The translations under genes were made by a program, and so were the position numbers. From Terriglobia bacterium (GTDB lineage: Bacteria > Acidobacteriota > Polarisedimenticolia > Polarisedimenticolales > JAIQFR01): a stretch of DNA of 64,000 nucleotides. The stretch spans positions 1,152,001 to 1,216,000 of the forward strand of contig CAVVHE010000004.1 in the NCBI GenBank assembly GCA_963748015.1. The letters run 5' to 3'. Positions 1-9,623 of this stretch are shown one piece after another. How positions within the stretch are numbered: position 1 is the stretch's first letter; each line of letters begins with the position of its first letter. The notes under the pieces were generated by a model. The model searched no databases, was not told the origin of the DNA, and saw only the letters and a program-made list of their open reading frames with translations.

Positions 1-336
1 CGCGTCGGCGTCCAGGTTCGAGCGGAGCAGCCGCACGCCGCAGTTGATGTCGTACCCCACCCCCCCGGGCGAGACGACCCCCTCCTCGGCGTCGAAGGCG
101 GCCACGCCGCCGATCGCGAAGCCGTACCCCCAGTGGGCGTCCGGCATGGCCAGGCTCGAGCCGACGATCCCCGGAAGGCAAGCGACGTTCGCCACCTGCT
201 CGAGCGCGGGATCGCCGCGGAGGCCCTTCATGAGGGCCTCGTTGGCGAAGACGATCCCGTCGGTTCGCATCCCCCCCTGGCGGGGAATCTGCCAGCGGTA
301 GTCGTCGAGGCGCCGGGCGGCCGGAATGGGGCTCAT
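1..336 (-). CDS. rtcB: RtcB RNA ligase, N-terminal 112 aa (runs off the window start)
   Basis: Manual minus-strand translation from ATG at 336: [33 protein letters not shown]...[37 protein letters not shown]...[16 protein letters not shown]. The MPDxHxGYGFxIGGV and GYDINCG motifs are RtcB hallmarks. GGAGG RBS upstream. Absent from the ORF track. Confidence 0.95.
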   Translation of the reverse strand, partial: MSPIPAARRLDDYRWQIPRQGGMRTDGIVFANEALMKGLRGDPALEQVANVACLPGIVGSSLAMPDAHWGYGFAIGGVAAFDAEEGVVSPGGVGYDINCGVRLLRSNLDADA

Positions 337-500
337 GACGCAGGCCCTCCCTCGTTGCGGCAAGCGTACCATGGCGGATCCTGCGAGAACCGGGGCGGCG
401 GGGCAACGTCGGCCTTCGCTCGGGGGGCACGTTTCTTGCTCGACTTCCGACCCGAGAGGGGGTATGAAGCCTCCATGACCTCTGCTAGGATCGGGCGAAG

Positions 501-1820
501 ATGAGCCACAATACCTTCCGAAGGGGGCGGCTGCTCGCTCCGGTCCTCCTCGGCGGCCTGCTCCTGGCGGTCCAGCACGCCCGGGCGGAGGAGACCTGCG
601 CGACCGCCTCCTGCCACGCCGGGCTGCTCAAGCCCAAGAACGTCCACGCCGCCACGGAGTCGTGCGGCAACTGTCACGAGTCCACGGCGACTCCCCACCC
701 GCAGGCCGGGAAGAAGACGTTCAAGCTCTCCTCCGACGCCCCAGCGCTCTGCAACGGCTGCCACGACGCGTTCGGGAAGAAGAGCCACGTGCATCCCCCC
801 GTCAAGGACGGGATGTGCACGACGTGCCACGACCCCCACGCCTCGAACGAGCCCAAGCTCCTTGCACAGCCCCAGAAGGAGCTGTGCGCGATGTGTCACG
901 AGGACAAGACGGGCGCCAAGTTCCCTCACGGCCCCGTCGCGGCCGGCGATTGCACCGCCTGCCACGTGCCGCACGAGGCCGACGCCAAGGGCCTCCTCCT
1001 CAGGCAGGGAGACGCGGTTTGTTCCGGCTGCCACGAGGACATGCAGGTCGTCCTCAAGAAGAAGTTCGTCCACGACGCCGTGTCGGCCGGCTGCACGTCC
1101 TGCCACAACCCCCACGGCGGCGCCCACCCCAAGCTCCTCGCCGAGGAAGGCGCCGCGCTCTGCTTCGGCTGTCACGACGCCATCTCGGAGACGGTCGGGA
1201 AGTCGCCGGTGGTTCACGCGGCGGTCAAGGACGCGAAGGGGTGCGCGAACTGCCACTCCCCTCACGCCGCCGACCAGGCGAAGCTCCTCCTGAAGCCGCA
1301 GAAGGACCTCTGTCTCGGCTGCCACAAGATGATCGTCACGAAGAACATGACGACGCTCCACGGGCCGATCGCGGAGGGGCAGTGCACCCCCTGCCACGAT
1401 CCGCACGGCGGCCGCTACCCCAAGCTCCTCGTGAAGGACTACCCCGCCGATTCCTACGTCCCGTACACCGACGCGTCCTACGCGCTCTGTTTCGACTGCC
1501 ACAAGCGCGACCTGCTGCAGTACCCCGACACCTCGTTCGCGACCAACTTCCGTGACGGCGAGCGGAACCTCCACTACGTCCACGTGAACAACAAGCAGAA
1601 GGGACGGAGTTGCGGGCTGTGCCACAACCTGCACGGCAGCGCCAACCCGAAGCTGATCGCGGACAGCGTGCCCTTCGGCAAGTGGAGCCTGCCGCTCAAG
1701 TACGTGAAGACGGAGACGGGCGGACAGTGCTCTCCGGGGTGTCACAAGACCTACGCGTACGACCGGCAGGTCCCCGGCCGCAAGCCCGAGGCACCAAAGG
1801 CCGCGCCCAAGGGGAAGTGA
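501..1820 (+). CDS. Periplasmic multiheme cytochrome c (13 CxxCH plus CX4CH and CX3CH, up to 15 hemes), doubled-CxxCH repeat type
   Basis: Sec signal peptide (ARA-E). Repeating H-x-P-V...CxxCHxPH...LL...LCxxCH units. Motifs counted from the translation. Confidence 0.93.
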   Translation: MSHNTFRRGRLLAPVLLGGLLLAVQHARAEETCATASCHAGLLKPKNVHAATESCGNCHESTATPHPQAGKKTFKLSSDAPALCNGCHDAFGKKSHVHPPVKDGMCTTCHDPHASNEPKLLAQPQKELCAMCHEDKTGAKFPHGPVAAGDCTACHVPHEADAKGLLLRQGDAVCSGCHEDMQVVLKKKFVHDAVSAGCTSCHNPHGGAHPKLLAEEGAALCFGCHDAISETVGKSPVVHAAVKDAKGCANCHSPHAADQAKLLLKPQKDLCLGCHKMIVTKNMTTLHGPIAEGQCTPCHDPHGGRYPKLLVKDYPADSYVPYTDASYALCFDCHKRDLLQYPDTSFATNFRDGERNLHYVHVNNKQKGRSCGLCHNLHGSANPKLIADSVPFGKWSLPLKYVKTETGGQCSPGCHKTYAYDRQVPGRKPEAPKAAPKGK

Positions 1821-1832
1821 CGCCTCGGCCGG

Positions 1833-3692
1833 TCACGGGTACGAGTGCGAGGTGCCCTGGTGCGCCACGCCGTGGCAGACGAGGTCGCAGCTTCCCGAGT
1901 ACGTCCCGCCGTCGTTGAACACCGGATAGCGGTTCGTTCCCCTCGGCAGGACGATCCTCGTGTCGAAGTTCACGAGGTGCGTGTGGGAGCCGGTTCCCGA
2001 CCCGCCGTCGTCGTTCACCCCGTGCGGATCGTGGCAGGTCGAGCACGGCGCGCCCGCGGCGAGGTGCCCGCTGTGTCCCCCGCCCGAGGGGGTGGTCCGG
2101 ATCCCCTTCTTCCGGAAGCTGACGTCGCTCGCGATGCTCGACCGGTCGTGGCAGCGGTAGCAGAGCGCGTAGTTCTCGAAGCTCTCCGGCGTGTAGTCCG
2201 CCGTCTCGTAGCGTTCCCGTAGGATCGGCGCGAACGCCGAGCCGTGGGGCCCGCTCGAGCCGCCCTCGTCGTCGGCGTGGCAGGCGGTGCAGTAGATCAC
2301 CTGCGTCGGGCTCATGGCGGGCTCGAGCGGCGAAGGGATGCTCGGCACCTCGAAGCTGTGTCCGCCCTCGACTACCGGGTGATACGACGGGTTGACGGGA
2401 TCGAAGGCCAGCCGCTTGTTCGTGCCGCCGACGACCCGGGGCACGAAGTCGAGGTCCGGTGTGTTGTCGCCGTGGCACTTGAAGCAGACCTCGTACTCGT
2501 AGGTCGCCGTTCTCACCTCCAGGCCGTTCCGGTCCACCCCGCCGACCCCTCGAAGCATGCCGGACACGTAGGGCGGCTCGCCCCCGAGGTCGTTGAGCTG
2601 GTGAGGGTTGTGGCAGTCCGAGCAGCCGACGCTCCGGATGCCGGTCCGCGCCGCCCCTCCCGGCGTGCTCATCGCCGGAACGACCTCGACCCCCGGCGGG
2701 TGATGCCCCGAGGGCTTGCGCCCCTGCCGGTCGATGTCGGCCATGGCGTTGGGCGCGCGAACGAACGTCCCGTCGGGCGCCGATACGACCCCCGCCGCCG
2801 AGGCATGCGGCGCGGCCGGCTGCGAGGAGTGGCATCCCGCGGTGGTGCACGAGAACGGCTCGGGCGGAAGGGAGGTGAAGTTGAGCAGGAATGCCGCCGT
2901 GGGCGCGAAGTGCGGCGCGTGGCAGGTCTCGCAGCCCCACTCTCCCAGCTCCGCGTAGGTCGGCCAGGTCTTCGGAGGCCGCGGGAGGATCCCGGCGACC
3001 GAAGCCGTGGAGGTCGCGTGGGCCGACCCGGTCCATCCCGTGATCTGGTGGCAGGTGACGCAAAGCGCCGAGTAGCGGTTGTCCCGGACCAGGAATCGCC
3101 CGTTCGAGTCGTCGTGCGGGTCGTGGCAGGTGATGCAGTGGATCTCGTCGGCGCCGCCGTAGACGAGCTCCGGCGGCGGCGTCGGGGACAGCTCCGCGTT
3201 GGGAAGGGACGCGTTGTAGGGGAACGAAACGGGGTGGTGGCCGGAGAGGTCGAGCCCGAAGTTCGAGAGGCTCCCGGCCGGAAGCCGGTCGGACCCCGCC
3301 ATCGCGATGCCGCCCGCGGGGTTCACCACCGCGCCCATGGCGATCGTCCCGTCGTGGCAGCTCAGGCAGAGCTTGGTCGGGCCGGACGGCTGCGGGAGCG
3401 GGCCGGCCCTGAGGGTCGGGCTCGCGTAGACGGAGTAGACCTGCGGCTCGATCTCCTTGTTCCACAGCGGCGATAGCGGCGTCGCGTTGTGCGGCGTGTG
3501 GCAGAAGACGCAGATGCGCGTCTCGGTCAGCGCGCGGACCGTTCCCGTGCCGGACACCGAGAGGTTGTGCTTCGTGTCGACGATGTCCGCCGGGACGGCG
3601 AGAGCGGCTCCCGTCGCGAAAGCGAGCGCGCAGATCGCCGCGCTCAGGACGCGCTCGGGACCGCGGCGAGGATCAGCCACGGCTCTCTGCAT
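1833..3692 (-). CDS. Secreted multiheme cytochrome c (10 CxxCH plus CX4CH and CX3CH, about 12 hemes) with an OmcE-like N-terminal tetraheme module
   Basis: Start moved to MQRAV (3692). Signal peptide ends ALA. Contains TKHNLS, ICVFCHTPHNA, PLWN, CLSCHDG, HHPVSF, CITCH and LCVTCH, followed by 8 further motifs. Confidence 0.9.
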   Translation of the reverse strand: MQRAVADPRRGPERVLSAAICALAFATGAALAVPADIVDTKHNLSVSGTGTVRALTETRICVFCHTPHNATPLSPLWNKEIEPQVYSVYASPTLRAGPLPQPSGPTKLCLSCHDGTIAMGAVVNPAGGIAMAGSDRLPAGSLSNFGLDLSGHHPVSFPYNASLPNAELSPTPPPELVYGGADEIHCITCHDPHDDSNGRFLVRDNRYSALCVTCHQITGWTGSAHATSTASVAGILPRPPKTWPTYAELGEWGCETCHAPHFAPTAAFLLNFTSLPPEPFSCTTAGCHSSQPAAPHASAAGVVSAPDGTFVRAPNAMADIDRQGRKPSGHHPPGVEVVPAMSTPGGAARTGIRSVGCSDCHNPHQLNDLGGEPPYVSGMLRGVGGVDRNGLEVRTATYEYEVCFKCHGDNTPDLDFVPRVVGGTNKRLAFDPVNPSYHPVVEGGHSFEVPSIPSPLEPAMSPTQVIYCTACHADDEGGSSGPHGSAFAPILRERYETADYTPESFENYALCYRCHDRSSIASDVSFRKKGIRTTPSGGGHSGHLAAGAPCSTCHDPHGVNDDGGSGTGSHTHLVNFDTRIVLPRGTNRYPVFNDGGTYSGSCDLVCHGVAHQGTSHSYP

Positions 3693-4737
3693 ATCCCACC
3701 GTGACGCGGAAGACCTGGATCCGCCGATTGTACGTGTCGCACACATAGAGCTCATCGCTTTCGCTGAGGAAGACGCCCGTCGGCAGCCAGAACTCTCCGA
3801 GGTCGACTCCCCTTCTGCCCAGCGTCAGGAGGAAGTCGCCGCCGCGGGTGAAGAGCTGGACGTTGTCGAAGATCCCGTCCACCACGTAGACGACGCCGTC
3901 GCGATCCGCGGCCACCCCCTTGGGCATGGCCAGGTCCCCCGAGCCGTCGCCGTGCCGCCCGAAGGTGCCCAGCACCTTCCCGTCCTCGTCGAAGATCTCC
4001 ACCCGGAAATTGAGCGCGTCCGTCACGTAGAGCTCGCCCGCTGCGGACCGGAAGATGTGGGTGGGGAAGTTGAACCGGCCGGGAGCGTCGCCCCGCTCGC
4101 CGAACGAGAACGCGACCGCGCCCTCGCGGGAGAACGCGTGCACCTCGTTCGCGAGCGTGTCCACGACGTAGAGCAGCTTCCGGGTCGGACTGTAGGCCAG
4201 GCCGGTCGGACGCCGCAGCGGCTCGCCGCCGGCGCTCTTGATCACGAATCGCAGCTCGCCGCCCGGGCCGAACGCGAGCACCTTGCCGGCCGAATCGGAG
4301 ACGTAGAGGCCGAGCCCGTCGTCGAAGACCAGGCCGACCGGCGAGACGATCCGGTCCGCGTCCGGCCCGATGAGCTCGAGGTAGCGCTCCTGCGCGGGGA
4401 GATACAGGTGGACGGAGCGGCGTCCCATGTCGGCCACCGCGACACGCCCGTCCGCCCCCGCCGCCACCGCGACGGGCAGGACGAACGCGTGCTGATCCGA
4501 TGCCTCGCGCCCGATCAACACCGACTTCATGGCGCTGCCCGCGGTCTTCCGCCTCTCCATGCCGCTCAGCGACCGAACGAAGGTCACCTTCGCCGCGTTC
4601 GGCTGATAAGGCCACTGCAATGCGACTTCCGTCGTCGCCGTCCGGAGCTTCCAGCTCGAGGCGCAGCCCGCGGCGAGAAGGGCCGCCGCGACGGCCGCCG
4701 CCACCCCCATGCCGATCACCCCCGCGGCGCGGGCCAT
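3673..4737 (-). CDS. NHL-repeat beta-propeller lipoprotein
   Basis: Start MARAAG at 4737 overlaps the upstream stop (TGATG). Lipobox LAAGC. Repeats FNFPTHI, LAMPKGVA, FWLPTGV, YVCDTYNRRIQVF. Confidence 0.9.
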   Translation of the reverse strand: MARAAGVIGMGVAAAVAAALLAAGCASSWKLRTATTEVALQWPYQPNAAKVTFVRSLSGMERRKTAGSAMKSVLIGREASDQHAFVLPVAVAAGADGRVAVADMGRRSVHLYLPAQERYLELIGPDADRIVSPVGLVFDDGLGLYVSDSAGKVLAFGPGGELRFVIKSAGGEPLRRPTGLAYSPTRKLLYVVDTLANEVHAFSREGAVAFSFGERGDAPGRFNFPTHIFRSAAGELYVTDALNFRVEIFDEDGKVLGTFGRHGDGSGDLAMPKGVAADRDGVVYVVDGIFDNVQLFTRGGDFLLTLGRRGVDLGEFWLPTGVFLSESDELYVCDTYNRRIQVFRVTVGYAESRG

Positions 4738-6778
4738 CAGAAGCTCCTCCTCGCCTTGATGAAAACGAGTCCGTGATCGCGGCGCGAGGTCGACGTCGTC
4801 GCGCTCGACGAGTCGGCGGAGTAGGCGCTCAGGCCCGCGTTCAGGTCGAGCTTGCCGACCCTCCACACGAGGGTCGAGTTCAGCGAGTACGAATCGCTTT
4901 CCACGAGTCCCCGGAAGTTCGAGTAGGTGGCGCCCGCGGAAAGCGACATGTTCCGGCGGTCGAATTTCTTTTGCACGTTGCAGGTCGCCGTGACCACTCG
5001 ATCGGTGTACGGAACCGGGTCGTAGGGCGAGGCCCCCTGGGGGAAGTGCTTGTTCAGGACCGAGGCGACCGCGTAGAGGTTCATCGTCGGGTCGAGCGTC
5101 GCGATGTACTGGAGCTCCTCCCGCCACGCGGTGTAGGGGCTCACGTCCCAGTCGAGCTCCTGGTACTCCGCCGTCCCCCTTATCCCCCCCTTCTGGACCA
5201 TCAGGCCGACGGTGTGGGAGGTCGAGTCCACGGGCACGCCGGGAAAGTCGCCCGAGAGGACCTTCGAGCGGACCGCGGCGTAGCCGTAGTACGGCGTGAA
5301 CAATCGGTCGAGGAGCTCCACGCTGAGATTGTACCCGGTGCCGTCGGTGCGTAGCTCGAAGTGGCCGGCGACCAGCGAGTAGGTGACCTCGAAGTCGAAG
5401 GTCCCCGGCACCGCGAACTCCGGGGGAGGGTCAGGAGCTGGATCTCGAACGTGTTCCCCACGGCGGCGACGATGTAGTGCACGTTCTCGACGAGCGGCAC
5501 CAGCTCGTTCGGCGGCAGGGGCGACTTGAGGAAGACGACGATGCTGGCCGGGTCCGCGTTGGGCCGGCCGAGAGTGATCCGTCCCGGGACGGCCGTTCCC
5601 GGGTGAGCCTCGTTGACGACGTCCGCCTTGCCGGTGTTCTCCGTGTCCGACCGCCCGACGCTGAGCCCCGCGAGCACCCGCCCCGGCTGGATCGACTTCG
5701 AATAGCTCAGGTTGAGCTGGCTGGACAGCAGGCCGCTGTCCCCGCCCGTCGACTCCCGGCTGTCCTTGAGCAGGACGTAGGTCGTGTCGAGGCTGTCGTA
5801 CAGCCGGTGAACCAGGTTCAGGCGGAATTCGTTGTAGCGGTCGTCGAACTGTCGCGGCTCGTTTTCCAAGGGAGAACGGATCGAGTTCTGGCTGTCCTGC
5901 TTGCGGTAGGAGACGTCCGCCCGCAGCTTCGCCGGAAGGTAGGTCGTCAGGAGGAAGTACTCCGAGCCGTCGTCGCTGTGGACGTCCCCCGAGAAGGGAC
6001 TGCTCTGGTCGATCGTGTCGCGAGACGCGCTGGCACTCAGCCTCACGCGCTTCACGTCGAGGGTGCCGCTCAGCGCGCGCTGCCGCGCCTCTCCCTCGAG
6101 TCCCTGGGACGTCGAGAAGTCGTTCGGATTGAAGTTCACCGCGAGGGAGAACTGGTTCCCCCCCTTGAACCGCCGGAAGTACTCCCCGCCGGCGTTCACC
6201 CGCCGCGCCTCGGTCGTCGTCGCGCCCGAGTCCACGGTGTCGTCGCTGAACCGGAAATGTCCGAACCACGGTTTCCGGCGGTAGCGGAAGAACGCCCCGT
6301 AGCTGCTCTGCATCCCGTTACGCTGCGATGCCGACTGCTCGCGCAGCAGCGGCTCGTAACGCAGGGCGAACAGCTCGAGGTTGTAGAAGTGCTCGGGGAG
6401 CAGGAGGAGCCTCACGTCGTACTCGAACGCGTTGCCGCGGCGCCAGCCCTGGCTCGGCAGCGTCGTGATCTCGTAGTACTCCTGCTTCAGCGCCTCGGAG
6501 AACGACGATTGGTACTGCAGGAACCGGGGATGGTAGAAGTAGCCCGAGGACGCCAGCGTGACCTTCTCCCGGAAGAACGTGTCGTTCCACGTGGAGTCCA
6601 CGGGGCCGTAGCGGATGTGGTCCTGCTCGTAGAAGCCGTAGAGGTCGAGGTAGATGTTGTTCTGGAAGGGCACAGGCAGGATGTCCCGCCAGTCCGCGCC
6701 GGCGGGAAGGCCGGCGAGCAGCGCCAGCCCGACGAGCGCCGGAACGATCCCGCGACGCGACGCTCTACCCGCCTTCAT
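4737..6778 (-). CDS. Outer-membrane beta-barrel (porin of a putative porin-cytochrome conduit), about 680 aa, split by a 1-nt frameshift at the G5 run 5422-5426
   Basis: Signal peptide and alternating aromatic beta-strands in ORF 5201..6778. After EIQLLTLP the sensible sequence continues in the frame of ORF 4737..6269 (PEFAVPGTFDFEVTYS...IKARRSF, C-terminal Phe). Adding one base to the run fuses the two frames. Confidence 0.8.
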
Positions 6779-7311
6779 TTCAGGAGGTACCGGTTGTCGG
6801 ACATGTGAGCGTCATGGCAGTCCGTGCACGCCTGCTCCACGCCGGCATGCGCCGCGACCCTCGAGACGGCCTGCTTGTCGTGGCACTGCAGGCAGAACGC
6901 CTCGGGCTCGGAGACCAGCAGGTAGCGGTACCTGGAGCTGTGAGGATCGTGGCACGATAGGCACCCCCCCGCCGCCAGCGGCCCGTGCACGTACTTCTTG
7001 TCCCGCGGGAGCCGGTGACAGATGAAGCACAACTCGTCCTTCGGCACGATGAGGGCGTTGGTCGCCGCCGACTCGTGACAGGCCCCGCAGAGCTTGGCCG
7101 CGAAAGGGCCGTGCTCCCCGAAGAGGCGGCCCGGCACCCCCGGGCCGCTTGCCGCCGCAGCCGCCTGCTCCCCTCCCGGAGTCGTCCCCTGGTTGGGCTC
7201 GGGAACTCCGTCGAAGAAGACGGTCAGGACCTTGTGACGGGTGGCGACACTGCAGCCCGCCGCGAGCGCGGCCGCGGTACAGCAGGCGACCAGTGCGGCC
7301 CGCGCGTTCAT
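6775..7311 (-). CDS. Pentaheme c-type cytochrome lipoprotein
   Basis: Lipobox LAAGC. CGACH, CFICH, CLSCH, CLQCH and CTDCH. ATGA overlap with the porin gene. Confidence 0.92.
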   Translation of the reverse strand: MNARAALVACCTAAALAAGCSVATRHKVLTVFFDGVPEPNQGTTPGGEQAAAAASGPGVPGRLFGEHGPFAAKLCGACHESAATNALIVPKDELCFICHRLPRDKKYVHGPLAAGGCLSCHDPHSSRYRYLLVSEPEAFCLQCHDKQAVSRVAAHAGVEQACTDCHDAHMSDNRYLLK

Positions 7312-7332
7312 CGCATCACGACGCGAGGCCCC

Positions 7333-8541
7333 TCACCGGGTCGGCGCTCCCGGCGGGGCTTGTGGCGGAGGGGACGCGGGCTCCTTGGGCTCCGCCCGTT
7401 GCCGCTCCTGCTCCCGGATCTTCTCGAGCTCCTTGTTCCGCTTCTCCTCGATCTGCTTCAGGAGCTCGTCGTCCTTCGGGTACGTCTTCCCCTTCTGCTT
7501 TCCGTAGGCGAGGACGTTGACCATGCGGTTCCCGAACTGGCTCGTCACCAGGATCAGGTACTCGACCTGGAAGCTCGGCTCGACGTACTGCTGGAAGTAG
7601 GGAACGTCGTCGTAGTCGATCGTCACCTTCGCGGGGAGCACGAAGTTCCCCGCCTGCTCGCCCGGCCCTCCGAAGAACATGAGCAGGCGCCCGTCGTTAT
7701 TGAAGATCTGGACGTTGTTGAACGAGGCGTCCACCGCGAGGAGGCGGCCCTCGCGATCCACGGCGATTCCCTTCGGCCTCGCGAAGTGCCCGAGGTTGTC
7801 CCCCGGCCTGCCGAACGTGGACTTGAAGTGCCCGTCCCGGTCGAACTTGACCACCTGGAAACGGCCGATGTCGGTGACGTAGAGATAGCCGTCGCGATCG
7901 AACGCCAGATTGGTGGGGCGGTCGATGCGCTCGGACGGCTCCCCCTTGTCCCCGATGGTCTTGATCATCTGGCCGCTCTCGCGGTCGAAGACCTTGATCA
8001 ACCCGTTCTGGATGTCGGCCACGTACAGCCGGTTCTCGAACGGCACGGCATCCACGGGTCGCCAGGAGCCCGGCTCGCCGAAGGCCCCCGCGTACTCGTC
8101 GTTCCGGTCGAACACGACGACCTGCCCCCGCGCGGGGTCGGAGACGAACTTCGTTCCGTCGGGCTCGATCGTGACGTTGGTGGGCTGCACTAGCCGCCCC
8201 GGCCCGGCCGCTCCCTTGAGGTTCGAGAAGGTCTTGTTCTTGAGATCGAAGACCACGACCGAATTGTTGGTGTCGCAGACGTAGATCCGGCCGTCGAACA
8301 TCGCGACGCCGTACGGCTTGTCCAGCTTGACGTCCTGGACCTCGCCGACCACGAAGCGGTTGAAGGCCGACTGCTCCTCGACGTCCTTGAGGCCGTTGTA
8401 CGAGGTCAGGAACACGACGCGCGGCAGCTCGGGCGCGGGAGGAAAGTAGACCGCCGCTTCCTTCTTCCGCGCGGGCGCCGCGCATCCCACGACGAGGAGT
8501 GCGAGCAGGACAGTGGACGCGCGCGTCGAACGTTTCACCAT
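7333..8541 (-). CDS. NHL-repeat beta-propeller lipoprotein
   Basis: Start MVKRST (8541). Lipobox VVGC. NHL repeats KPYGVA, RPTNLAFD, FARPKGIAVD. Charged C-terminal helix. Confidence 0.9.
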   Translation of the reverse strand: MVKRSTRASTVLLALLVVGCAAPARKKEAAVYFPPAPELPRVVFLTSYNGLKDVEEQSAFNRFVVGEVQDVKLDKPYGVAMFDGRIYVCDTNNSVVVFDLKNKTFSNLKGAAGPGRLVQPTNVTIEPDGTKFVSDPARGQVVVFDRNDEYAGAFGEPGSWRPVDAVPFENRLYVADIQNGLIKVFDRESGQMIKTIGDKGEPSERIDRPTNLAFDRDGYLYVTDIGRFQVVKFDRDGHFKSTFGRPGDNLGHFARPKGIAVDREGRLLAVDASFNNVQIFNNDGRLLMFFGGPGEQAGNFVLPAKVTIDYDDVPYFQQYVEPSFQVEYLILVTSQFGNRMVNVLAYGKQKGKTYPKDDELLKQIEEKRNKELEKIREQERQRAEPKEPASPPPQAPPGAPTR

Positions 8542-8730
8542 CGGGATCCTCCCGCAAATCGCCGGTCCGGCAGGCTCACCGGGAGCGCTGGGCTGCGCTC
8601 CGGAATGGTCGAGTTTAGCACTTCCCGGCGCCCGCGCTGCCCTCCGTCGGCCCGGGGCCGCCCAAAAAGCGAGAGGGGAATGGCGGGCCATTCCCCTCTC
8701 GCACGAGCCTGGTTGCGAATTCGCGATGCG

Positions 8731-9534
8731 CTACGGAGCGGTGTACAGGCCCTTGTCGTGGCAGGTCAGACAGAGCTTGCTGTTCTGGTCGCTCCGCCAC
8801 AGGAGCCGCTCGCCCGCGTTCCCCTTGTTGTGGACGGAGTGGCAGGTGCCGCACTCCATCCGAGCGTTCCCCGCGCCGTAGAGGTGGTCGCGGACGAACG
8901 TGGTCGGGGTCAGCATGGCGGCGTCGGCGCTGCGGATCTCGTTGTCGCCCGCCTGCGCGAGGTCGTAGTCGAAGCCGATCGGGTGGTGGTTGCCGAGGTA
9001 CTGGTCCTGGCCGATCACATACACGCTGCTGATGAACTTCCCGCCCGTGGAGACGGACTCGGGAAGCTGGGCGGCGTTGCCGTACTGGTTCGCGGCGATC
9101 GTGCCGTCATGGCAGCTCAGGCAGAGCAGCGAGGAGCTGCCGGGGGTCATCCCGTTCAGCATGGCCTGCGAGGCCTTGGGGCCGACCTGCGGGGCGCCCG
9201 GGCCGTTCTCGTACATCTGGTAGGCGGTGGACGCCTGGAGCTGGTGGTTCCACAGGGGCAGGTAATCGAAGTCCGACGGGGCCTGCGGGCCCGCGCCGCC
9301 CGTCGCCGTGCTGAGGCGATAGGTGTTGTGCGGGGCGTGGCAGAAGATGCAGATCCGGTTCAGGGTGTCGGCCGGAACCGCCGTGTAGTCCATCCCGTTG
9401 TGGACGGTGCTCAGATCGTGCACCGTCAGGTTGATCCCGTTGCCGGCAGGGTACGAACCCGAGTACGCCATCACGGACGACACGAGAAGCAACCCGCAGC
9501 CGGCGATCATCAGACTCTTCAGGACTCTGTTCAT
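8731..9534 (-). CDS. Secreted tetraheme cytochrome c, OmcE-like (candidate nanowire subunit)
   Basis: Signal peptide (VMA-Y). HDLS, ICIFCHAPHN, PLWN, CLSCHDG, NHHPIGF, MECGTCHSVH and SKLCLTCHDK occur in the order recalled for Geobacter OmcE. GGAGG RBS. Confidence 0.85.
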   Translation of the reverse strand: MNRVLKSLMIAGCGLLLVSSVMAYSGSYPAGNGINLTVHDLSTVHNGMDYTAVPADTLNRICIFCHAPHNTYRLSTATGGAGPQAPSDFDYLPLWNHQLQASTAYQMYENGPGAPQVGPKASQAMLNGMTPGSSSLLCLSCHDGTIAANQYGNAAQLPESVSTGGKFISSVYVIGQDQYLGNHHPIGFDYDLAQAGDNEIRSADAAMLTPTTFVRDHLYGAGNARMECGTCHSVHNKGNAGERLLWRSDQNSKLCLTCHDKGLYTAP

Positions 9535-9584
9535 GTTTCCTCCGACTATCTCTTCGTTTCGTTGTCCTACGGTCTATCGCGCCG

Positions 9585-9614
9585 GGGGCGGGCGGGCTCC
9601 ATCCCGCCCGCCCC
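9585..9614. terminator. 12-bp GC stem-loop between the two upstream cytochrome genes (terminator or mRNA stabiliser)
   Basis: ggggcgggcggg-ctccat-cccgcccgcccc, a perfect stem just after the stop at 9624. No clear U-tract. Confidence 0.5.
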
Positions 9615-9623
9615 TGCCGCGGG

